A program made the translations under genes and the position numbers. The notes below the pieces were generated by a model that ran no database searches, was not told the DNA's origin, and worked only from the letters and a program-made list of their open reading frames with translations. Shown here piece by piece: positions 28,914-36,955 of a stretch of 64,000 nucleotides of DNA (positions within the stretch are counted from its first letter, which is position 1; each line of letters begins with the position of its first letter). Source of the stretch: an uncultured bacterium (lineage in GTDB: Bacteria > Planctomycetota > UBA8108 > UBA1146); the NCBI GenBank assembly GCA_913056395.1, contig CAJXMG010000004.1:24706-88705 (forward strand), in the 5' to 3' direction.

Positions 28914-30478
28914 TCGATGGAGACTTGACCCGCTCTCAAGAACTTCAAGTCGAGGCGAATAACCGGCTGATCGAAGAGTTGGCCGGCAAGAATCAGAAAC
29001 TGGAAGAATCCAGAAAGCGTTTTCAGGACCTTGTGGATCAACTTCCCTGTGTCGTACTTCGATTTGATGAAGACGGTCAGGTGGAATATGCCAACCACAC
29101 CTGGTCTTCCTTTATCGGTAGCGACCCTGAAGCAGTCGTTGGGGAAAATCTGGAGTCCCTGATTCATGAAGATGATCGGGGGAGCCTTCTTCGCAGTATG
29201 CGGAAAAACAACACTGTGGAGTTGAGGCTCATCCAAGAGAATGGTGAGTATCGCTGGGTCCGTTTCAGTTGCCAAAAAGTCTCAGAGAACACCTATCAGG
29301 GGCTATTGGTTGATTTGATGGAGACCCGCAAGCTTGAGGAATTACTGCGCAGATCCCAGAAGATGGAAGCGATCGGCAGGCTTTCCGGAGGTGTTGCCCA
29401 CAACTTCAATAATCTGCTGACAGTCATTATGGCTGCAGTGGACAGACTCTCCGGAATGATCCCCGCACAGAGCGCAAGGTCGGTGAAAGAGGTCGAGAGA
29501 ATTCAGCTGGCCGCAGGCGAGGCTGCCAGTGTGACTTCCCAACTTCTCGCTTTCAGTCGTCAACAGGTATTGGCACCAGCACTGTGGGATGTCCGGAATA
29601 TTTTTGAAGAATGCGAAATTCTCGCTGGTGACCTCGTCAAATCCCCTGGTGTGGAATTTGTTGTAAACAAACCTGATCCTGATGAAGTCCTTGTTTTTGT
29701 AGACAAATCCCAGATCCACCAGGTCTTGCTGAATCTGGTCCTGAATGCACGGGATGCTGTCGGGGGGACTGGCAGAATTACCGTTGGAGTGGGAACTACA
29801 ACTCTGGGAGTTCAGGAAGCAGCAGAGCACGATATCGACAGTGGTGAATTCGTCCAGATTTATGTCAATGATGATGGAGTGGGAATGTTGCCACAGGTGT
29901 TGGAGAAGATCTTTGAGCCATTCTTCACAACCAAGGATGTGGACAAGGGAACCGGATTCGGATTGGCCACGAGTTACGGAATCATGCAACAGAGTGGGGG
30001 AGCCATCAGGGTTTCCAGCGAGTATGGCTTTGGAAGTACCTTTGAAGTTCTTTTGCCGATTCCCAATGGAGATGAAGAGAAGTCTCACTGTGAGGAGACC
30101 CCTGTCGATTCTGCACTGGAATTCGGCAACATCCTCGTAGTTGATGACGAGGAGATGATTCTGGAGTTGACCTGTGAAGCCCTCCGCGAAGACGGACATA
30201 CTGTGACGGGGGTCTCAGGGACTGTGGAAGCCCTGGCGGAGTTGAGTGATCCTCAAAACCGTTTTGACTTGCTGATCACTGACGTGGTCATGCCGGATGG
30301 GGGCGGTCGAAGATTGGTTGAAGAGGCAGAGAAGCTCGAATACAAACCCCAGATTATTATTGTCTCAGGATATGATCGCGACTTCCTCGGCGACGATCAA
30401 AACTTCGGTGCATTTATGCAAAAGCCCTATTCACTGAGTGATTTATTGCAACAAGTCCAAAGATTTCTTGCGAAATAG
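28910..30478 (+). CDS. hybrid sensor histidine kinase / response regulator with PAS domain
   Basis: H-box [15 protein letters not shown]-box [11 protein letters not shown]1 DDGVGM, G2 [12 protein letters not shown]-terminal receiver [19 protein letters not shown]. The GTG start overlaps the upstream stop. Confidence 0.9.
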   Translation: MIDGDLTRSQELQVEANNRLIEELAGKNQKLEESRKRFQDLVDQLPCVVLRFDEDGQVEYANHTWSSFIGSDPEAVVGENLESLIHEDDRGSLLRSMRKNNTVELRLIQENGEYRWVRFSCQKVSENTYQGLLVDLMETRKLEELLRRSQKMEAIGRLSGGVAHNFNNLLTVIMAAVDRLSGMIPAQSARSVKEVERIQLAAGEAASVTSQLLAFSRQQVLAPALWDVRNIFEECEILAGDLVKSPGVEFVVNKPDPDEVLVFVDKSQIHQVLLNLVLNARDAVGGTGRITVGVGTTTLGVQEAAEHDIDSGEFVQIYVNDDGVGMLPQVLEKIFEPFFTTKDVDKGTGFGLATSYGIMQQSGGAIRVSSEYGFGSTFEVLLPIPNGDEEKSHCEETPVDSALEFGNILVVDDEEMILELTCEALREDGHTVTGVSGTVEALAELSDPQNRFDLLITDVVMPDGGGRRLVEEAEKLEYKPQIIIVSGYDRDFLGDDQNFGAFMQKPYSLSDLLQQVQRFLAK

Positions 30479-30605
30479 CATGACCTGGTCGGTCTCAATC
30501 GCATTCTAGGCCAGTTCTCCAGTTGCAACCCACCTCTGACTTTGCCAAACTCCCCAAACCTGTGCGTTACCAGATACAACCCACTGGCAAAGGAGTGAGG
30601 CGTTC

Positions 30606-32606
30606 ATGTCTTCCAAATTTCTGACTTCTCCGCCCTCAACGGAAGAAGTTCCCAAGGGGATTCCCTACATCATTGGAAATGAAGCCGCAGAGCGATTCAG
30701 CTTCTACGGTATGAAAGCCATCCTTGTGGTTTTCATGACCCAGTATTTGCATCTGTTGCCAGGAGCATCCAGTGATGAAGCAATGCGAAATACGGAGGCA
30801 CTGGAGAATTATCATCTCTTCACGTCTCTCGTGTACTTCACTCCGATCATGGGTGCGTTACTTGCAGATATCTTCTTTGGCAAGTATCTGACGATTCTGT
30901 CCCTGAGTCTTGTTTACTGTGCTGGACATGGGGCGTTGGCGTTCATGGGGTTGTCAGAAAGCATCGATCCCCAGCTCGCCCTGATTTCAGGACTGGTATT
31001 GATCTCGATAGGATCAGGAGGAATCAAACCCTGTGTCAGTGCCCATGTGGGGGATCAGTTTGGAAAGAAGAATGCACACCTTCTGACCAAGGCATTTGGT
31101 TGGTTCTATTTCTCCATCAACCTGGGTGCGTTTATCTCCACCCTGCTGACACCGTGGTTGCTGAATTGGTATGGCCCTCACTGGGCATTCGGCATTCCGG
31201 GAGTCTTGATGGCGATTGCGACTCTGCTCTTCTGGATGGGGCGTAACGTCTTCGTCCACATTCCGGCGGGTGGAAATGAATGGTTCAAGGAAACTTTCAG
31301 CCCTGAAGGCCTCAAGTCCATCGCCAAGGTCTCCGTGGTTTTCCTGTTTATCGCAGTCTTCTGGTCCCTGTTCGACCAAACAGGGTCTTCGTGGGTGCTT
31401 CAGGCGGAAGACATGAACCGGCAATGGCTCGGGGTGACATGGCTTTCATCACAGATTCAGGCCATCAATCCGATTCTGATCCTGCTCTTTATCCCACTCT
31501 TTCAGTTTGTGGTTTACCCGGCCATCAATCTCGTTTGGCCACTGAATCCGATTCGCAAGATCACTCTCGGTCTTTTCATTACTGCGGGATCATTCGCCAT
31601 CGTTGCGATCACCCAGTCGTGGATCGATCAGGGACAGCAACCCAGCATCGCCTGGCAACTTTTTGCGTATGCGGTCATCACTTTTGCTGAAGTGATGGTT
31701 TCCATTACAGGCCTGGAGTTCGCTTACACTCAGGCACCCAAGAAGATGAAGTCTGTCATCATGGCACTGTTCCTGTTCAGTGTCTCATTGGGCAACGTTG
31801 TGACTGCTGTCGTCAATAACACCATTACGATTGAGAGTGGTGTGCAGGTGGCCAGGGAAACAATGCTGGATGAATCTTCCACTGCTGCTGTGCAGACCAC
31901 GAGTTTTGATTCTGGTGATGAGATTGTTTGGGTCAAAAAAGATGCTGAGCCGTGGAAGTTGTCAGCCATCCGATTGAAGGATATGCCGGTTCTTGAACAG
32001 GCGAGAGACAGAATCGGTGAATTCTGGAATCAACAGGATCGCTTGCCAAACAATGAGGAAGGGCAGAAGCAAATCGCCGTTCTTCAGGATCAATTTGGTA
32101 CTCCCCTCAGGTACCTGCTGCTCAATAGCAAAAACTTCCATATCTATTCCGCAGGTAAGGACAAGATTGCTGAAACAGAGGACGACGCCTGGATCAAGGT
32201 GACGAGAACCTGTGTTTCGGTGTCGGAGCAGAATTTGGCCAGTGAAAACGCGGGATCGACTTCTGACGCCTACACCTGGCTTGAGCGCCGTCAGGCGGAA
32301 CTGGACTTCAAAAAGGCTCAAACCGCAAATGCAGCAGAAGTCGCTTCGCAGAGCTGGGAGGATTATCTCCCCAAGAGAGAGCCGGTAGTCGCTGCTGAGA
32401 TCGCACCACAAAAGTTTGCTTCGACAGTCGACCCCAAGATCGGTGGAGATGTGACTCTCAAGGGGGCCGGTTACTTCTGGTTCTTCACCCGTCTCATGCT
32501 TGGAACAGCAGTCTTGTTCATCGTGGTCGCTTTCTTCTACAAGCCCAAAACCTACATTCAGGGCGATGACGACGATGAGGAGAGCGAGAGCTCGGACGAA
32601 GATTGA
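30606..32606 (+). CDS. POT/PTR2 proton-dependent oligopeptide transporter with large loop insertion
   Basis: PTR2 signature GNEAAERFSFYGMKAILVVFM and multiple TMs. A ~215-aa hydrophilic insert sits before the last TM. Acidic tail DDDDEESESSDED. Confidence 0.85.
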   Translation: MSSKFLTSPPSTEEVPKGIPYIIGNEAAERFSFYGMKAILVVFMTQYLHLLPGASSDEAMRNTEALENYHLFTSLVYFTPIMGALLADIFFGKYLTILSLSLVYCAGHGALAFMGLSESIDPQLALISGLVLISIGSGGIKPCVSAHVGDQFGKKNAHLLTKAFGWFYFSINLGAFISTLLTPWLLNWYGPHWAFGIPGVLMAIATLLFWMGRNVFVHIPAGGNEWFKETFSPEGLKSIAKVSVVFLFIAVFWSLFDQTGSSWVLQAEDMNRQWLGVTWLSSQIQAINPILILLFIPLFQFVVYPAINLVWPLNPIRKITLGLFITAGSFAIVAITQSWIDQGQQPSIAWQLFAYAVITFAEVMVSITGLEFAYTQAPKKMKSVIMALFLFSVSLGNVVTAVVNNTITIESGVQVARETMLDESSTAAVQTTSFDSGDEIVWVKKDAEPWKLSAIRLKDMPVLEQARDRIGEFWNQQDRLPNNEEGQKQIAVLQDQFGTPLRYLLLNSKNFHIYSAGKDKIAETEDDAWIKVTRTCVSVSEQNLASENAGSTSDAYTWLERRQAELDFKKAQTANAAEVASQSWEDYLPKREPVVAAEIAPQKFASTVDPKIGGDVTLKGAGYFWFFTRLMLGTAVLFIVVAFFYKPKTYIQGDDDDEESESSDED

Positions 32607-33445
32607 TGACGATTTGGACGATCTTTCTGTTTTTCGGTATGGGGTGGGTGTCGCATGAAGACACCCACCCCGTTTCGTCAGTAACCACCGTCGAAGTCGA
32701 GGCTGAGGGTTGGGGAGACGCAAGCCCTGAGGATGTGCAAAAGATCCTTTTGTCAGTGGTCGAGTGCATGGAATCCAAGTCAGGGGTGACAATAGGTAAA
32801 CCGTTGCGTGTTCAGCCGGTGGGTGGACCAATGGTGCTCTTTAAGAGAGAGCCGGATGGCGGATATCGGGTTTGCCTGCAGGTGTCAGGTCGATATTGGA
32901 GCCAAATCGTCTATCAGTTTTCTCATGAGGTCGGACATATTCTCTGTCGATATCAGCCAAACCCCGGGCCTCAGGCATGGCTGGAAGAAGCGGTATGTGA
33001 AGCACTGAGTTTTCAGGTGTTGAAATCCCTGTCAAAAAGCTGGAAGAAAAGCCCACCCTTTGAAAGTTTGCGCGACTATTCCCAGTACCTCATGGAGTAC
33101 GCGGAAGCGATGGCTTCACGCTGCAAGCCTGTGAAGGAGACTGGACTCAGTGAGTGGTATCAGTCAAATCGGGAACAACTCGAGAAGGGGCATCACGATA
33201 GGCCACTGATTCGGGTTTTCAGTTGTCATTTTTCCGATTGGCTGGAAGAGAATCCGGAACTGTGGAAACGGGTTCCTGACCTGGGTAAGGGGTTGGCAAA
33301 TCCCCGGGAAACGGTGATTGAGCGAGTCAAACGGTGGACTGCAGGTTGGGGAGAGGGTGAGTTGCCCTGGGCCAGGAAAATGCTGGAGATCTTCATGAAG
33401 ATGGATGGTCAGGCAGACAACGGTTCCTCAAAAAGCCAACCATGA
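32603..33445 (+). CDS. hypothetical protein with HExxH...E zinc-peptidase-like motif
   Basis: ATGA overlap with the POT gene. FSHEVGHIL followed ~20 aa later by LEEAVCEAL. N-terminal hydrophobic segment. Confidence 0.5.
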   Translation: MMTIWTIFLFFGMGWVSHEDTHPVSSVTTVEVEAEGWGDASPEDVQKILLSVVECMESKSGVTIGKPLRVQPVGGPMVLFKREPDGGYRVCLQVSGRYWSQIVYQFSHEVGHILCRYQPNPGPQAWLEEAVCEALSFQVLKSLSKSWKKSPPFESLRDYSQYLMEYAEAMASRCKPVKETGLSEWYQSNREQLEKGHHDRPLIRVFSCHFSDWLEENPELWKRVPDLGKGLANPRETVIERVKRWTAGWGEGELPWARKMLEIFMKMDGQADNGSSKSQP

Positions 33446-34479
33446 GAGGTCAAGTCTTCCGCTTCAACCTTGAGGTCACCGAGAATGTAGAGGTACTCGG
33501 TGTTTTTGACATGGGAGACTTTTCCCACTTTCTCTCCTGAAGGTGCATGAATTCCGATACGAGCTCCGACATAGCGAGGGTGAATTCTCGATAACACCTG
33601 CAGGTTTCCGTGTTTTTCCAGAAGTGACTCCATTTCAGGTCTGGGGAGGTATCCCTCGTCGCTGAAAGAGATGATTTTGATGGGGGCGGAAAGGTTTTCC
33701 ATCAGTTGCGTCATGGCCTGATGAATCCCCGGTTTGGAATTGAAATCGCTGCGTTTTTCCCTGCAATCAGTCCTTTTGCATGCGACTCCGTAGACTTCGG
33801 GCTCGTCCCACAAAACCAGAGTTTCCCAGACATGATAATTGCCGATGTACTTGTGTTGATTGTAGGGGGGATCGAGATAGGCGACGTCGGCCTCCAGTTT
33901 TGAAGCAGCTTCCTGCGCCTCCAGGCAGTGTGCCTGTGCTTTTCCCAGTGGACTTTTTGGAAGAAGTTGAGGAGTTCTCATCCGAAGAGGTTGCAGGGAC
34001 CGTTTAGACCATTCTTTGAGGTATGCCATTTGTACACCGACGGTGGAGTCGACTCGATCGGCGGCTTCCATCAGCTCCGCAAGAAGAACACACTTCAATT
34101 CCTCATCGGGATCCAGTTTTTCGATCTCTTCTCGAATCGCTTCGATACGTGCGCCATTATCAGGGGTGAAGTATCGGCTTTTTCGGCAATAGGTTTCTGT
34201 AAACCAGCCCTCTTTTCCGGGAAGGGCATTCAGATGGTCGATGATAGGTTCAATTTCTCCCAATCTGTCCGAGTCACACACGACATGGGCGTTGGCCAGA
34301 ACCCAGGCATACCGGTTCCAGTCATTGAGAATTACCTGCCAACCTGAAGATTTCATGGCATGGCCGACTCTGGAAGTTCCGCTGAAAAGGTCCAGAAAAC
34401 GCCCTTTTTCAGGTACCCCACCGACGACAGCCTGTATTCCGGGAATCAGTAGGCGTTTGGAGCCGAGATACTTGATCAA
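33409..34479 (-). CDS. DNA adenine methyltransferase (D12 class, Dam-like)
   Basis: N-terminal IKYLGSKRLL, FLDLFSGTSRVG (SAM site), and catalytic DPPY in YLDPPYNQHKY. Confidence 0.85.
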   Translation of the reverse strand: MIKYLGSKRLLIPGIQAVVGGVPEKGRFLDLFSGTSRVGHAMKSSGWQVILNDWNRYAWVLANAHVVCDSDRLGEIEPIIDHLNALPGKEGWFTETYCRKSRYFTPDNGARIEAIREEIEKLDPDEELKCVLLAELMEAADRVDSTVGVQMAYLKEWSKRSLQPLRMRTPQLLPKSPLGKAQAHCLEAQEAASKLEADVAYLDPPYNQHKYIGNYHVWETLVLWDEPEVYGVACKRTDCREKRSDFNSKPGIHQAMTQLMENLSAPIKIISFSDEGYLPRPEMESLLEKHGNLQVLSRIHPRYVGARIGIHAPSGEKVGKVSHVKNTEYLYILGDLKVEAEDLTSHGWLFEEPLSA

Positions 34480-34626
34480 ATCGATCCCTTTCTTGGAACT
34501 GGGGACATTATTTTTTCATGTGCGGTCTCCAGCAAGGGGTATCATAAAGGCTATTGTTGGTTTGATAAAAATCGCGTCAAGGCTGTGTCCCGTATCTCAT
34601 TCTACGCGATCAGAGTTTTTATCCTG

Positions 34627-36915
34627 ATGAACAGGACCAATACCGTGAAAATCAGTTTTTCGCTATTTGAGATTCCAGGAGTATCGAGCCTGCGTTACTT
34701 CCTGATTTTCGCCACGTCAATTTTTCTGATTTCGGCGGTACTCCCCTCCAGTGCCCACAGCCAATGCCCTCCGGGCTCATGGGTATTGACCGGGCAGGTG
34801 GTCGATGAGGCCGGGAATGGTATATCCGGTCTGGACCTCGATTTGGCCAGCGGAACGACGGGTCTTGCACTCCTCGTTTCAGGGGACGTGACACTGGCGG
34901 ATGGCACATTCAGCATGACGATTTGCCAGGTGACCACTCCGGGCACGTATCTTCTGAGCGTCAATCCCCAGTTGGACGAATTGCTGTTTCCCATCGAAGA
35001 CCTCCCGGTCTCCCTCAGTGGATCGACTTCTCTGGGAGTTTTGACTCTGGATACGGCGGCGATCATCACTGGAAGAGTGATCGGCGAGAATTTTGAGATC
35101 CTCCCTGCTGTCGATCTTGATTTCACCGATGCGGTAACGGGAGCGGTACAGGTATTCTCCGGGGATTACACGATTGTGGATGGCACTTTTTCGACAAAGG
35201 TGGTGCCGGGCTTCTGGGACGTCCAGTTCACCGCGAGCCCTCTGAGCACTCCCTTGCAGATGGTTCCCCGTGAGTTAAGAGATGTTTTGGCCACTACAGT
35301 CACAGACTTGGGTGATGTCCGACTTCGTCAGGGACGTTTTCTGACGGGAACCGTTTTGAATCCTGCGGGATCTCCGGTTTTCAATGCTGACCTGGATGCA
35401 CGTGATCTGATCACCGGTGAAAAAATCGTGACTCCGGGTGACAATACCAACTCTTCGGGAGTCTTTGGAGTTTGGGTTCCCGAAGGTGACCTGGAAATCG
35501 AAATAGAACCACCTAATGGGTCGACACTGGTGCCGCTACTCCAGGAAATCAATGTTCCCACAACCGGAGTTGATCTGGGAATCTTGACGATGGTTGAGGG
35601 AGTCGCAGTTTCGGGAGTGGTCATCGATGGCGCCCAATCGGTGGTGCCGGGAGTGGATCTGGACTTTCTGATCTCTGCGAGTGGAGTGGAAATTCCTACT
35701 GCGGATGACAACGCCAACTCCTCTGGTCAGTTTTCGGTGCAGGTGGTCCCTGATACCTACGATATTGCCTTCAGGCCCTCATTTATCACGGGTCTGGCTC
35801 CATTGGTGCTGCCCAGTGTTACTGTGGCCACCAATACTGATTTGGGGACGATTCTGCTTCCGGCTGGGGCAGCTTTGACCGGGACGATTCTTGCTGGAGG
35901 AGTCCCGGTGGCGGGTGCAGAAATCGAGTTGTTGAATCCGGGGACCGGCTCCTTTACCTACCTCTTTGGTAATGACACCGATGGATTGGGTTCATTCGCA
36001 ATCCGACAAACACCTGGAATCTATGACCTCAGAGTGATCCCACCCATCGGAAGTGGATTTCCGATCTATGAAGAGGCCGCTATCGATCTCACAGCGGATC
36101 TCAATCTCTCAATTGATCTTCTTGGCGGACCTCCGCCGACCCCTCCCAATCCTGTGACAGCCTTTGACTGTTGTTGTCCGGGAGACGTGGTGTTGCAGTG
36201 GACCAATGGCGATGCCGATTATGATCTGATTCAGATTTCGAGACAGGGTACGTTTTTGACGAATCTGCCGGGAACCTCCACAGGATTCGTGGATGTTTCT
36301 GCTCCTCCAGCTTTCCTCGAGTATCAGGTGATACCGATTCGTAACAGTCTCACGGGAGCGCCTGCGGGGTGTACTGTCGACAACTCACCGACTCAGACGA
36401 CTCCTCCCGTCGAAAATCTTGTGTGTGAGCAATCGGGGAGCGGAGTCACCCTTTCCTGGACGAATGCTTCTGCCACCTATGAAGAAATCCAGCTTTATCA
36501 GGATGGTGTTTTTCTCAGCACCCTTTCCGGTACTGATACGGCCATCTTTATCGACGGACTCTCTGCGGGAATCTATCAATGGGAAATCATTGCTGTTGAA
36601 GGAGGTGCGGTTTCAACTGGGCAAGTCTGTACAGTCGATGTGATCCTTGGACCCGACCCCGTCTTCCTCCGTGGGAATGCAAATGGAGATACTTCGGTTA
36701 ATGTTGCGGATGCCATCACTATTCTGGAGTACCTCTTCAGCGGTGGAGCCACTCCTGACTGCCTGAGCGCCCTGGACGTCAATGATTCTTCGGCGGTCAA
36801 CATTGCGGACGCCATTCATTTGCTGGGATTTCTTTTCTCGGGAGGAGTCCCTCCTGAGTTGCCTTACCCCAATCCTGGGAGCGATCCCACACCGGATACC
36901 CTGCCGTGTAACTGA
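34627..36915 (+). CDS. secreted modular protein A: 5 CarboxypepD_reg-like repeats + 2 Fn3-like modules + dockerin-like C-terminus
   Basis: ORF 34585..36915 (ATG at 34627; a GTG start at 34585 is also possible). Hydrophobic signal/anchor. Five ~90-aa repeats of the type xLTGxVxD..G.P..GADLD...G......D..G.F. C-terminal double Ca-loop module. Confidence 0.8.
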   Translation: MNRTNTVKISFSLFEIPGVSSLRYFLIFATSIFLISAVLPSSAHSQCPPGSWVLTGQVVDEAGNGISGLDLDLASGTTGLALLVSGDVTLADGTFSMTICQVTTPGTYLLSVNPQLDELLFPIEDLPVSLSGSTSLGVLTLDTAAIITGRVIGENFEILPAVDLDFTDAVTGAVQVFSGDYTIVDGTFSTKVVPGFWDVQFTASPLSTPLQMVPRELRDVLATTVTDLGDVRLRQGRFLTGTVLNPAGSPVFNADLDARDLITGEKIVTPGDNTNSSGVFGVWVPEGDLEIEIEPPNGSTLVPLLQEINVPTTGVDLGILTMVEGVAVSGVVIDGAQSVVPGVDLDFLISASGVEIPTADDNANSSGQFSVQVVPDTYDIAFRPSFITGLAPLVLPSVTVATNTDLGTILLPAGAALTGTILAGGVPVAGAEIELLNPGTGSFTYLFGNDTDGLGSFAIRQTPGIYDLRVIPPIGSGFPIYEEAAIDLTADLNLSIDLLGGPPPTPPNPVTAFDCCCPGDVVLQWTNGDADYDLIQISRQGTFLTNLPGTSTGFVDVSAPPAFLEYQVIPIRNSLTGAPAGCTVDNSPTQTTPPVENLVCEQSGSGVTLSWTNASATYEEIQLYQDGVFLSTLSGTDTAIFIDGLSAGIYQWEIIAVEGGAVSTGQVCTVDVILGPDPVFLRGNANGDTSVNVADAITILEYLFSGGATPDCLSALDVNDSSAVNIADAIHLLGFLFSGGVPPELPYPNPGSDPTPDTLPCN
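36661..36912 (+). other. dockerin-like module of protein A
   Basis: NANGDTSVNVAD..ILEYLF and DVNDSSAVNIAD..LLGFLF, with tail ..DPTPDTLPCN. Confidence 0.75.
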
Positions 36916-36955
36916 TTCGCCTTTTATGGGCGAAGTGGATTCTTGAATCCCCCCT

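Noticed and set aside
36661-36912. Conserved C-termini of the six modular proteins as a sorting signal (PEP-CTERM, LPXTG, T9SS CTD)
   Set aside because: There is no hydrophobic helix plus basic tail, no LPXTG and no PEP motif. The module is acidic, has two EF-hand-type loops with dockerin spacing and ends in Cys-x(4-5)-Cys. A novel processing signal cannot be fully excluded without experiments.
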